A stretch of 64,000 nt of DNA from Clostridiaceae bacterium (GTDB lineage: Bacteria > Bacillota > Clostridia > SK-Y3): positions 16,648 through 80,647 of the forward strand of contig JAAYHJ010000016.1 of assembly GCA_012735465.1 (NCBI GenBank). The letters are read 5' to 3'. The notes below the pieces were generated by a model. It was not told the DNA's origin, did no database searches, and was given only the letters and a program-made list of their open reading frames with translations. Position numbers and translations under genes: made by a program. Shown here piece by piece: positions 53,801 to 62,270 of the stretch. The stretch's first letter is position 1, and every line of letters starts with the position of its first letter.

Positions 53801-54422
53801 CTGGCCCATAGCGGTAACAGGAATAACGCTTGATAAGAGCACACTGACCCTGAAGAAGGGTTCAAGCGAAACCCTGACCGCAACCGTAACCCCTGCAGAT
53901 GCAACGAACAAGAGAGTAAAATTTACATCGGACAATACGGAAGTGGCTACCGTAAGCGGATTATTTTATGATGCCGCAACAGGAAAGACCAGCGTAACCG
54001 TAAATGCAATAGCTCCGGGAACAGCAACAATAACTGCTACTGCGGTGGACGGTAGTAACAAAACAGCAATATGTAATGTGATAGTGGAAGATGAGGAAGA
54101 ATACGGGTACACTGTTTCGACAGAATTCAACATGGATAAACTGGTGGCAAACAAGATAGTTAATGCAGAGGTTACAGCTACAAACGCAAACAGCAGTATA
54201 ACAGATGTTTTGGTCATCGTTGCATTGTACGAGGGAGACAGAATGATTAATGTTTCCTACATATCAAAGAATATACCTGTAGGAGCTTCCGAAAAACTCA
54301 CAGCAGGATTCATGTTGCCCCCAGTAATAACTGATCAACATAAATTAAAGGTATTTGTCTGGGATGGAGAAACGATAGGTTCATCAAACGGCATTCCATT
54401 ATCCGAAATACGCGAATTATAA
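50808..54422 (+). CDS. aguA: Secreted multi-domain GH67 alpha-glucuronidase (GH67 core, lectin/CBM-like jelly-roll, Big_2, C-terminal ~105-aa module)
   Basis: Signal peptide. GH67 blocks LWLRY, GALYGTFGFLRLLQ, VGINAFVFNNVN, TADPLDPQVIKWW, IPDFGGFLIKAGSEG and ELQITQEYTGQ match G. stearothermophilus AguA as I recall it. Big_2 region ITLDKSTLTLKKGSSETLTATVTPADATNKRVKFTSDN. Confidence 0.88.
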   Translation: MKKLFKKIISSILLLSILFTFIVPGTFVAAEENPLPSLPPDEDGSNLWLRYVRVSDADKLDEYRRVVTNIVVPNPSSSATLTIIRDELNMGLDGLLDLDIPYVETDTISEGSVIVGTPASSSIIRSLNLEDTLDSLGDEGYIIKSVTIDGKKVTVIASKGEFGALYGTFGFLRLLQTQKSITNLDISDKPKVKIRKLDHWETERNYAGGNFINWNSLPDTLLPRYTTFARACASVGINAFVFNNVNASATYLTAEYIAKEKALADLFRPYGIKVYLSVPFNAPRSIATPSYPGVSSSPRLNTADPLDPQVIKWWNDMVDAIYSQIPDFGGFLIKAGSEGQSGPGDYGRTHADGANCLARALARHGGIAFWRSFVYRADVDPDRLKRAYLEFKPLDGQFDDNVFVQTKYGPLDFMPREPFHPLFGQMPQTKQCIELQITQEYTGQSTHLTYLAPIWEEILKSDTYVDGAGSYVGKVIDGTLHGHTDMTSMTGVSNIGSATNLTGHPFGQANWFAFGRMAWDWTLTSKSIADDWIRMTWSNDPYVVDTIKRMMMGSREALVNYQESLGLVHQQRQSDHYGPGPSEISTGSNPDWYARWYSRADSVGLGYDRSSNGSNFASLYAPELATMFNSMETCPENLLALFYHVPFTYTMKSGRTFWDELCRNYQIGVHYVTNMRAQWDSLQPYIDNARFTDVKNRLANHERDAGIWRDTCISYYGSWSQMPVPPDPLQLRNLMIDGNQIDGFEPGVYDYTVGGLTGDKIPQVSAVPNDPNATVTITQATGIPGQAVVKVYMEEPFFYGPEFILKDYPNTMLAVYTINFTDEVIPENFVVAIEAETAAENTENAYVRGVANGTYTWSLVDGQTTKAMQFLPDDGTLVTSGTDTDSLNAGSSLNYKINFPTGGTYYVWLLCKSRNYNTDSIHVGLDKEYKFTANGIQGKSNGQWRWVNISDGSDGIILGASTLEISAGVHELNFWGRESGLAIDRIYLTTDGSISEPTWPIAVTGITLDKSTLTLKKGSSETLTATVTPADATNKRVKFTSDNTEVATVSGLFYDAATGKTSVTVNAIAPGTATITATAVDGSNKTAICNVIVEDEEEYGYTVSTEFNMDKLVANKIVNAEVTATNANSSITDVLVIVALYEGDRMINVSYISKNIPVGASEKLTAGFMLPPVITDQHKLKVFVWDGETIGSSNGIPLSEIREL

Positions 54423-54434
54423 AATGTAATTTAT

Positions 54435-54496
54435 AAAAAAAGCAAGATGCAAATATCAGTTTAGTATAACTGATGCTTTGCATCTTGCTTTTTATT
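54435..54496. terminator. Bidirectional compound hairpin between convergent GH67 and isomerase genes
   Basis: agcaagatgcaaa / tttgcatcttgct outer stem plus atcagtt / aactgat inner stem, flanked by A7 and T5 runs. Confidence 0.75.
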
Positions 54497-54522
54497 TATG
54501 TAATAAGATTATTGAATGTTTC

Positions 54523-56004
54523 TTATTTGAAAGGGTTTTCATCCTTATACAGCATAGAAGCCGGTTGGTTGAAAGAAATATCGTCAACGCCAAGCATTTT
54601 AAGGGCTGCAAACAGTACCTTTCCGACATGCTTAAATGCAACTCCTGCATGGTGCGGGAATCTCTTTGCAATCAGCACATAACGGTAGAACCTTGCCATT
54701 TCCTTAATGGCAAAAACACCAATACCTCCAAAGGATTTTGGATCAATATCAATGACTTCTCCTTCGGCGATATAACTTCTCAATGTGCAATCTGCTGTGC
54801 TCTGAAGCCTGAACAGGGTAATGTCCCCAGGTCTTATAGCACCTTCCAATGTTCCCCTGGTGATATCCGGTTCCTTATCCGGCTCGAGAAGCCTGTGCAT
54901 GATAAGCTGGTACTTCATTGAAGCATTTTTCATATTGCATTTTGGTGTATTACCACAGTGGAATCCCATGAACAGGTCATCAAGCCTATATCCTGCCAGT
55001 AATTCTTTATTATTTTCATACATATCCTTTGGTACGGAATTATTTATATCAAGAAGCGTGGCAGGAATCTGGGTAGCACATGTGATAATGTATTCGCTAA
55101 GTGCACCGTAAATATCCGTCTCACAAGCTGCAGGAATTCCCATGGATGCCAGCCTTGAATTTACATAACATGGAACAAAGCCAAACTGGGTTTGGAAAGC
55201 CGGCCAGCATTTATTGGCAAATATGGCATATTCCGAAGCGCCCAGGTTTTTCTCCATCCAATCCTTCAAAGTAAGCTCGTATTGGGCAAGCTTAGGCAAA
55301 ATACCCGGGTATCCATTGCCTTCTCCCAGTTCTTCTTCCATTTCTTTAACCAATGCCGGAATCCTTTCATCGTTTGCATGTTTTTGAAAAGATTCAAACA
55401 AATCCAGTTCGGAGTTTTCCATAATCTCTATTCCCAAATCGTATAAAGGTTTGATGGGTGCATTACATGCCAGGAAATCCTGTGGTCTTGGTCCAAAGCT
55501 CATTATTTTAAGCTTTGACAGTCCCAGTATAACTCTGGCTATGTCTTCAAAATCAGCAATCATATCTGCTATTTCTTCTGCTGTGCCTACAGGATATTCC
55601 GGAATATATGGCCTCAACTTCCTAAGGGCCAGGTTATAGGAAGCATTTAACATACCGCAATATGCGTCACCGCGACCACCGATGAGGTTGTTCTCGGTTT
55701 CTTCTGCTGCAGCCACAAACATTGCAGGGCCGCCGAATTTTTGCGCCAGCAGCGTTTCAGGACCTTCAGGTCCAAAATTTCCAAGGTAAACAACTAATGC
55801 GTTTACTTCTGCACTCCTTAATTCATCCAAAGCCTTTAAAACATCTTTTTCATTTTCAATCGTTGTCTTTATCTCACAAACTGCCAAACCCTTGTTTGTG
55901 CAAGCTTGAATCACTGCCTCTCTTCTTCTTTCGCTTAATTCCATGGGAAAGCAGTCTCTGCTTACTGCCACAAGTCCTAGTTTTACTTTTGGAATATTTA
56001 TCAT
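54523..56004 (-). CDS. L-fucose/L-arabinose isomerase-family sugar isomerase
   Basis: 493 aa. The N-terminal KVKLGLVAVSRDCFP...LVVYLGNFGPEG arrangement is typical of the FucI/AraA-like superfamily. Substrate unknown. Confidence 0.55.
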   Translation of the reverse strand: MINIPKVKLGLVAVSRDCFPMELSERRREAVIQACTNKGLAVCEIKTTIENEKDVLKALDELRSAEVNALVVYLGNFGPEGPETLLAQKFGGPAMFVAAAEETENNLIGGRGDAYCGMLNASYNLALRKLRPYIPEYPVGTAEEIADMIADFEDIARVILGLSKLKIMSFGPRPQDFLACNAPIKPLYDLGIEIMENSELDLFESFQKHANDERIPALVKEMEEELGEGNGYPGILPKLAQYELTLKDWMEKNLGASEYAIFANKCWPAFQTQFGFVPCYVNSRLASMGIPAACETDIYGALSEYIITCATQIPATLLDINNSVPKDMYENNKELLAGYRLDDLFMGFHCGNTPKCNMKNASMKYQLIMHRLLEPDKEPDITRGTLEGAIRPGDITLFRLQSTADCTLRSYIAEGEVIDIDPKSFGGIGVFAIKEMARFYRYVLIAKRFPHHAGVAFKHVGKVLFAALKMLGVDDISFNQPASMLYKDENPFK

Positions 56005-56103
56005 TTTTTATTAACCCCCCGACAAATTAATAACATAAACATAATAAAATGTTCTAATTTAATTATATCTTACTTCAATTATGGGCACAAGCTTTTTTCT
56101 ACG

Positions 56104-58512
56104 TTATCCGGATAACCTTTTAACCAGCTTTACAGCATCATGGGCATCCTTTGCATATCCGTCCGCCCCTATTTCCCGTGCAAACTGTTCATTTACAACC
56201 GCACCGCCGATTATAAACTTACAGCGCAGCCCTTCTTCTTTGGCCAGTGCTATTACTTTTCCCATTTCCACCATTGTCGTGGTCATCAAAGCAGACAATC
56301 CAATGATTTCGGCTCCCACTTCTTTTGCCTTTTGAATTATCTTATCGGCACTGACATCCTTTCCAATGTCATATACCTCAAAGCCATAATTTCTTAACAT
56401 TAACCCCACAATATTTTTGCCAATATCATGAACATCTCCCTTTACCGTCGCCAACACCATCTTCACTTTTCCTGACTGTCCTTCTGCTTTCCGTGCTTTT
56501 AGCACGGGTTCCAACTTTTCAAAGGCAGCTTTCATTGTTTCAGCGCTTTGAATCAGCTGGGGAAGATAATATTTTTTTTGCTCAAATAGATCCCCCACGT
56601 AGTTAATGGCAGGGATAAGTATATCGTCTACCAGGCAGTTGGCATCAACACCCTGGGATAAAGCCATATCTATAAGCCCGGCTATACGTTCGCTGCTGCC
56701 TTTCACAACCGCATCATAAACCTGTTGCGTCACCGGTGTTTCCTCCTGTTCTGTTTTTCTGCCGCTTGAAACCGGTCCTTCTCCAAAATGAGCAATATAT
56801 CTTTCACTATTGGAATCATTGGCAGCTAAAACGTCACAGGCCCTTTTAATATTCATCAGCATTTGATCGGACGGATTTGCAATCGCCATGGTCAAGCCTT
56901 TGCCTATTGCCATTGCCAAAAAAGAAGCATTAATCCAACTGCGTTCGGGAAGTCCAAAGGATACATTGGACAAACCTATAATGGTATTACAGCCAAATTC
57001 ACGGGAACACCAGTCGATAACCTTTAATGTTTCCACGGCTGCCTTTTGGTTGGAGGAAACCGTTAAGACAAGCCCGTCTACAATCAAGTCTTGTTTATCA
57101 AACCCGTACTTTTTTGCTTCTTCATATACATATTTTACCAAATCAATTCTCTGCTCTGCCCTTTCCGGGACACCTTGTTCACCAATGGGAAGGATTATGA
57201 ACATGGCTCCATACTTTGCTGCAATAGGGAGCATCTTTTCTACTTTTTTCCTTTCGGCAGAAATGGAATTGATGATTGCCCTACCGGGGTATATACGAAG
57301 AGCCGCTTCAATTACCTCCGGGGAAGAAGAATCTATACACAGCGGCACATCAATCCTGTTGCTTAAAAGCTCCACGACCTTTACAATGGTTTCCCTTTCA
57401 TTAATCCCGGGCATCCCTACATTTACGTCCAAAATCTCTGCTCCGTTTTCCACCTGTTCCAAGGCCAAGTCCAAAACTATATCCAGCCTTTCTTCCCTTA
57501 AACTTTCCTGCAGCTTCTTTTTCCCTGTAGGATTGATGCGTTCACCTACTATAATCACGGGACGATTGTTGCCTATGTTTACTGTTTTCCTGGCAGAGGT
57601 AACTACACTTATTTCATTGGCTTTGATTAGAGCCGGCTCATAACCTTCAAGCTGAAAGCAAATACTCTCTATGTATTCCGGGGATGTACCGCAGCATCCT
57701 CCCATCATCCTAACACCTAGTTCGGCAAATTGCCTTGCATATTTACCAAATTCCTTTGCATCCATATCAAATACGGTATTGCCGTCCACAAACCTGGGCA
57801 GCCCGGCATTTGGTTTAGCCATAAGCGGTATCCGGGCATAAGGGCGCATAGCCGCGATTATATCCAGCATCGTCCCGGGGCCGGTAGAACAATTGCAGCC
57901 AACCACATCAGCACCAAGGCTTTGCAGTATAATCAAGGCGGTGGCCGGGTCGGTACCGGTCAATGTTCTGCCGTCTTCATTAAAGGTCATGCTTACACAT
58001 ACGGGCAAATCACAGCTTTCCTTAACAGCCAAAAGGGCTGCCCGCGCTTCCTGTATATCCATCATCGTTTCAATAACAAAAAAGTCCACTCCTCCTTCAA
58101 GCAGACCTTTTACCTGTTCCTTATATATATCCACAAACTCTTCAAAAGGTCTATCACCCATGGGGCGTACAAATTCCCCTGTAGGCCCGATGTCCCCGGC
58201 AACCCATTTATCCCGCCCTGCTGCTTCCCGCGACAGCTGTGCCAATGTCCTGTTAATCTCTACAACCCTATCCCCCAATCCATACTCATTCAGCTTTATT
58301 CTGTTTGCTCCAAAGGTACAGGCAAATACTACATCGGAACCGGCCTTGAAATACTCCCTTTGTATATCAATAATTACTTCCGGATGTTCAAGAACCCATT
58401 TCTCAGGGCATACCCCTTGCGGCATCCCTTTCTTTTGAAGCTGTGTCCCCGTTGCACCGTCCAATATCATAATATTTTGCTGCAGGTATTGTTTAAAATC
58501 TTTTTTATTCAC
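56104..58512 (-). CDS. metH: Cobalamin-dependent methionine synthase core (Hcy-binding, pterin-binding and B12-binding domains; no activation domain)
   Basis: ILDGATGTQL, GGCCGTSPE, pterin-binding LSNVSFGLP and B12 motif GDVHDIGKNIV. Start probably GTG 58512 (RBS AAGGA 7 nt upstream); the track gives TTG 58521. Confidence 0.9.
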   Translation of the reverse strand: MNKKDFKQYLQQNIMILDGATGTQLQKKGMPQGVCPEKWVLEHPEVIIDIQREYFKAGSDVVFACTFGANRIKLNEYGLGDRVVEINRTLAQLSREAAGRDKWVAGDIGPTGEFVRPMGDRPFEEFVDIYKEQVKGLLEGGVDFFVIETMMDIQEARAALLAVKESCDLPVCVSMTFNEDGRTLTGTDPATALIILQSLGADVVGCNCSTGPGTMLDIIAAMRPYARIPLMAKPNAGLPRFVDGNTVFDMDAKEFGKYARQFAELGVRMMGGCCGTSPEYIESICFQLEGYEPALIKANEISVVTSARKTVNIGNNRPVIIVGERINPTGKKKLQESLREERLDIVLDLALEQVENGAEILDVNVGMPGINERETIVKVVELLSNRIDVPLCIDSSSPEVIEAALRIYPGRAIINSISAERKKVEKMLPIAAKYGAMFIILPIGEQGVPERAEQRIDLVKYVYEEAKKYGFDKQDLIVDGLVLTVSSNQKAAVETLKVIDWCSREFGCNTIIGLSNVSFGLPERSWINASFLAMAIGKGLTMAIANPSDQMLMNIKRACDVLAANDSNSERYIAHFGEGPVSSGRKTEQEETPVTQQVYDAVVKGSSERIAGLIDMALSQGVDANCLVDDILIPAINYVGDLFEQKKYYLPQLIQSAETMKAAFEKLEPVLKARKAEGQSGKVKMVLATVKGDVHDIGKNIVGLMLRNYGFEVYDIGKDVSADKIIQKAKEVGAEIIGLSALMTTTMVEMGKVIALAKEEGLRCKFIIGGAVVNEQFAREIGADGYAKDAHDAVKLVKRLSG

Positions 58513-59140
58513 ACTTATCAATCCTTTCTATTCCTGCAATAGCAATTACCGATTTTTCCGGAACAAGCATGTAACTTTCGGTAAGTGCTAATTGGAGTTT
58601 TTCCAGTTTAAGCAAATCAAAGAGGATTTTTTGATTCTCCAAAGGCAAATCCCCGTATCCCGGACTATAGCGATGTTTTGTAAGCCTCTTCCCTTCCCTG
58701 TATAAATGTTGATTTATATAACGTACAATCCAGGTTAAGCCCGCATCGGCTGTTTGGGAAGCAACGGAATCAAGTATTACCCCCAGGGATGCATCCCCCT
58801 CATTTATCTCATAAACTATCCTGTCAACAATTTGTTTCCCGACAGTGGACGCCATTAACACTACTTCATCACTGTTTTCCAAAAGACGGGCAAGGCTATT
58901 GCTCTTCAGCACTTGCCCATTCTCCAACATTATAAAGTCCGTTTGATGTTCTTTTATTATAAAGCGGCCGAAAGCACCCCTCGGCTGACAAAGGGCAAAC
59001 CCCTTTTCGATACCCTTTTCAAGCTCTTCACGCTGAATATTATCTAAAACAGTTGTACCTTTTTTATATCCTAACCGCATCTTAATCATTTCTATGCTGG
59101 CACGGACAGGCATATTTATAAAATATTTTACTTTATCCAC
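58505..59140 (-). CDS. Stand-alone methionine synthase activation-domain protein (Met_synt_B12 family)
   Basis: 211 aa with ...HRYSPGYGDLPLENQKILFDLL..., directly upstream of and overlapping metH. Confidence 0.75.
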   Translation of the reverse strand: MDKVKYFINMPVRASIEMIKMRLGYKKGTTVLDNIQREELEKGIEKGFALCQPRGAFGRFIIKEHQTDFIMLENGQVLKSNSLARLLENSDEVVLMASTVGKQIVDRIVYEINEGDASLGVILDSVASQTADAGLTWIVRYINQHLYREGKRLTKHRYSPGYGDLPLENQKILFDLLKLEKLQLALTESYMLVPEKSVIAIAGIERIDKCE

Positions 59141-59171
59141 TGGGCATCACCTTAACATATGCTCCTGCTCA

Positions 59172-60020
59172 TTAATGCTTTTCATGGGGCTTTCCCTCTT
59201 TTTCCCTGTCAAAGGCAAGGGTTGCATTTAATTCTCCCCCCATTAGTATGATCATTGAGCTTAAAAACAACCAAACCAACAACACAATGGCTCCACCAAG
59301 GCTACCATAAACTATGGAATAGGTTCCAAAGTTATTTACATAAAATGCAAATCCCATTGAAGCAATAATCCACGAGATGGTAGTAAAAACAGCTCCCGGC
59401 AGCACTTCCCTCCAACACAAACGGCGGTTAGGTACATAACGGTAAAAGGCCGCAAATACCATGATAATTATAAGGGTTATTGAAATATATCTTATAACAT
59501 TCCACAACGCATAAAAATAGCTTTCAATCCCTATCCTTCCCGCCAGGTAGATACCTACATGCTGGCCAAAAATTAAAAGCACGAAGGATAAAAGTATTAC
59601 AATGGCAAGGGCAATGGTAAAAAAGACGGACATGAATTTAATCTGCCAGAACGGCCTCTTTTCCTCCACATCATAAGCCTTATTCAAGCATCTTACCGCT
59701 GCCCCGATCCCATTGGATGCAGTCCACAGCATTGCTATAAAACCAAAAGACAGAAACTGTCCCGTCACTTTTGTATTACCAAGGAAAACACTTTCTTCAA
59801 TCAGTTCAAAGGCGCTTTCAGGTAAAATATATGCCAATTCTTTTAATACATCCTCACTGGATATAGGAGTATAACTTATTATTGTAATGAGAAGGATTAA
59901 AAACGGAAAAAAAGAAAGCAAAAAATAATAAGCAAGCTGGGCACCCAATGCCGGTATATCATCTTTATAAAATCGTATATAAAGACTCTTTATGTACCTT
60001 ATAAATTTTGCTTTTCTCAT
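59172..60020 (-). CDS. YihY/BrkB-family membrane protein
   Basis: 282 aa, 6 TM, with an N-terminus YKDDIPALGAQLAYYFLLSFFPFLILL typical of the YihY family. Confidence 0.8.
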   Translation of the reverse strand: MRKAKFIRYIKSLYIRFYKDDIPALGAQLAYYFLLSFFPFLILLITIISYTPISSEDVLKELAYILPESAFELIEESVFLGNTKVTGQFLSFGFIAMLWTASNGIGAAVRCLNKAYDVEEKRPFWQIKFMSVFFTIALAIVILLSFVLLIFGQHVGIYLAGRIGIESYFYALWNVIRYISITLIIIMVFAAFYRYVPNRRLCWREVLPGAVFTTISWIIASMGFAFYVNNFGTYSIVYGSLGGAIVLLVWLFLSSMIILMGGELNATLAFDREKEGKPHEKH

Positions 60021-60042
60021 TTTATTCCTCTCAACTGTTTTT

Positions 60043-60603
60043 CTAATTCTTTGGTACCAAAATCACTTGCCCATCCTGTAAAATGGTACTCTCGGAAAAG
60101 CCGTTGATTTCCATAAGCTCTTTACTTCTTTTCCCATCACCATATAGTCTTACGCTAATACTCCACAATGTATCGCCTTTTTGTACAACGTATTCTTTAT
60201 AATTTGGATTCCCATTCGAAGCACCTGCAGGTAAAGAAGTATCACCAGTCTCCTCAAAGTTCCACTCAAACTGGCCCATGATTTTGCTCAAATTGTTCTC
60301 AACTTCCACCAGCTTATTTTCCATTTGCTCAATCTTGCTCGTACTTCCTCCGCTGTCTTCACTTTGGATAATCCCCTGCTGCTCAAGAAGCATTACCATT
60401 TTTTTATACCTTGCACCAAGCTGGAATTGGGAAAATGCTAAAACTGCTACAATACCGGCCAGGGCTATGTTATAAACCTTATTATAATTGAGTGACTGAA
60501 TGATGCTTTTGCCCTTCCTTACATACTGTGACTGGCGGCTTGTCCGGTTATAAATGGGCTCTGTAAACCTTGTTTTCTTTTCCAGTTCCCGTTCCACATC
60601 CAT
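60043..60603 (-). CDS. Membrane-anchored LysM-domain protein
   Basis: Start at ATG 60603 (RBS GGGGGGA). One TM. C-terminal LysM YVVQKGDTLWSISVRLYGDGKRSKELMEINGF...GQVILVP. Confidence 0.8.
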   Translation of the reverse strand: MDVERELEKKTRFTEPIYNRTSRQSQYVRKGKSIIQSLNYNKVYNIALAGIVAVLAFSQFQLGARYKKMVMLLEQQGIIQSEDSGGSTSKIEQMENKLVEVENNLSKIMGQFEWNFEETGDTSLPAGASNGNPNYKEYVVQKGDTLWSISVRLYGDGKRSKELMEINGFSESTILQDGQVILVPKN

Positions 60604-60698
60604 TACATATCCCCCCCGCATATATAATTATTTACAATAAATATTCGCCTTGTTTTTTATAATTCCTCTTAAAAAACGGAATTTTTTATTTCCCTTCT

Positions 60699-61541
60699 TT
60701 AACAGCACTTTTGTGCATTAATTAACCTGTAAATTTCTTCTTCTGCCTGGTCAATATCAATGGGAATATTAACATTATAACCTTTTTTTGCCAGCCTGTC
60801 AAACAGCTGAATAAGAATAGGTGGTTCAAGATTAGCTTCCTTAAGTACATCCGACTGTTTGAAAATCTCTTCCGGGTCACCACTGCTTACAATGCGCCCT
60901 TTATTAATAATATAAATCAGATCAGCAATGTAAGTTACAATGTTTACATCATGGGTGGTAATGATGGTGGTAACCCCCCTATCCCGGTTAAGAGCATTAA
61001 TAAGCTCGATCATTTCCTTTTTTGACTTTGGATCCAGGCCGTCAAAAGGCTCATCCATAATTAACAGCTCAGGAGACATGGACAGTGCGCCGGCTAAAGC
61101 AACCTTTTTCTTTTGTCCCCCGCTTAAGTAATGGGGTATTTTACCCAATATATCTTCAATTTCCAGTGTTTTGGCAATATCATAGACCTTATCCCTTACC
61201 AGTTCTTTGCTCATACCTGCATTTCGCAGCGAAAAGGCAATATCGTCATATACCGTTGGGCCTATAATCTGTTCATCTACATTTTGAAATACTACCCCAA
61301 TCTTCTTTCGGATATGTTTGAATTCTTTAAAGGGGTTGACACCAAAAACACTTATCTGCCCATCTACCGGCTTTAATATCCCCAATATATGAGAAAGCAG
61401 TGTAGTCTTGCCTGTACCATTGGGTCCCAGTATAACCACCCTGTCACCTTTATTTACAATAAAGTCCAGGCCACATATATCTACTTCTGTTTTATCGGGA
61501 TAAATATGCTTCAGGCATTTTACTTTTATAATCGTATTCAT
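60699..61541 (-). CDS. cbiO: ECF/cobalt-type ABC transporter ATPase (CbiO/EcfA-like)
   Basis: Walker A GPNGTGKTT, signature LSGGQKKKVALA, Walker B LLIMDEP. ATG 61541 overlaps the cbiQ stop (ATGA). Confidence 0.88.
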   Translation of the reverse strand: MNTIIKVKCLKHIYPDKTEVDICGLDFIVNKGDRVVILGPNGTGKTTLLSHILGILKPVDGQISVFGVNPFKEFKHIRKKIGVVFQNVDEQIIGPTVYDDIAFSLRNAGMSKELVRDKVYDIAKTLEIEDILGKIPHYLSGGQKKKVALAGALSMSPELLIMDEPFDGLDPKSKKEMIELINALNRDRGVTTIITTHDVNIVTYIADLIYIINKGRIVSSGDPEEIFKQSDVLKEANLEPPILIQLFDRLAKKGYNVNIPIDIDQAEEEIYRLINAQKCC

Positions 61542-62242
61542 AAAACCACCACCAATGCCAGTATTATTATGCCAATACCAAGAGGAATGCAATCCCATTT
61601 TTTAAGCCCATACCACTTGCTTTCCAGTACCAGCCTTCCTTCATACCCTCTCAGGGAATATATATTGTACATTCTTTCAGACATATCAAATGCATGAATA
61701 AACAATACGCCTATTACTCCGGCTAAATTTTTCACATTAAAGATAATATTGAACGGTCTAAAGCCTCCCCTAAGCTTTATTACGGTTAATGCTTTTTGCA
61801 GCTTGTCAAGCAATATAAAAAAGGTCCTGTAAGTAAAGAGCAGTCCATCCACCACCACACCGGGCAGAAACAAACGTAAAAAAGAAAAAATCAGCGGATA
61901 AGGAGTCGTAACCATTAAAAGAATCATTGCTACAGCGGCATTTGCACCTTTCAATAATACCACAAATCCCATCTCAACAGAATAACTGAACCGCATCAAA
62001 GCAAATAAAAGGCTAAAAAAAACAGGGTATGCAGCAATATGCAGTATTTTACCCAAAGGCATTTTATTAACTACAATTAACAGAAGCAGTACTGCAAAGA
62101 TAACAGCCAATTCCGTCACGTTTTCACATAGGATTACGGATACAATGATGCAGACAGTCATCAAAATTTTAGAGATGGCTGACGCCTTGTTTAAACAGCC
62201 ACCTCCGTTATTTGACAATTGGTCAATATAAGCTATGTCCAT
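61538..62242 (-). CDS. cbiQ: ECF transporter transmembrane (T) component, CbiQ family
   Basis: About 234 aa, 5-6 TM, lying between the cbiM-like and cbiO genes. Start taken at MDIAYIDQL. Confidence 0.8.
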   Translation of the reverse strand: MDIAYIDQLSNNGGGCLNKASAISKILMTVCIIVSVILCENVTELAVIFAVLLLLIVVNKMPLGKILHIAAYPVFFSLLFALMRFSYSVEMGFVVLLKGANAAVAMILLMVTTPYPLIFSFLRLFLPGVVVDGLLFTYRTFFILLDKLQKALTVIKLRGGFRPFNIIFNVKNLAGVIGVLFIHAFDMSERMYNIYSLRGYEGRLVLESKWYGLKKWDCIPLGIGIIILALVVVL

Positions 62243-62270
62243 AAAACTCCTCCACAATTTAAAATAGTAA

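Noticed and set aside
59141-59171. S-box (SAM) or B12 riboswitch controlling metH, and a B12 riboswitch upstream of cbiM.
   Set aside because: The intergenic spaces (31 nt before the activation-domain gene, 27 nt before cbiM, about 150 nt before the fur-like gene) are too short or show no B12-box or S-box-like conserved helices.
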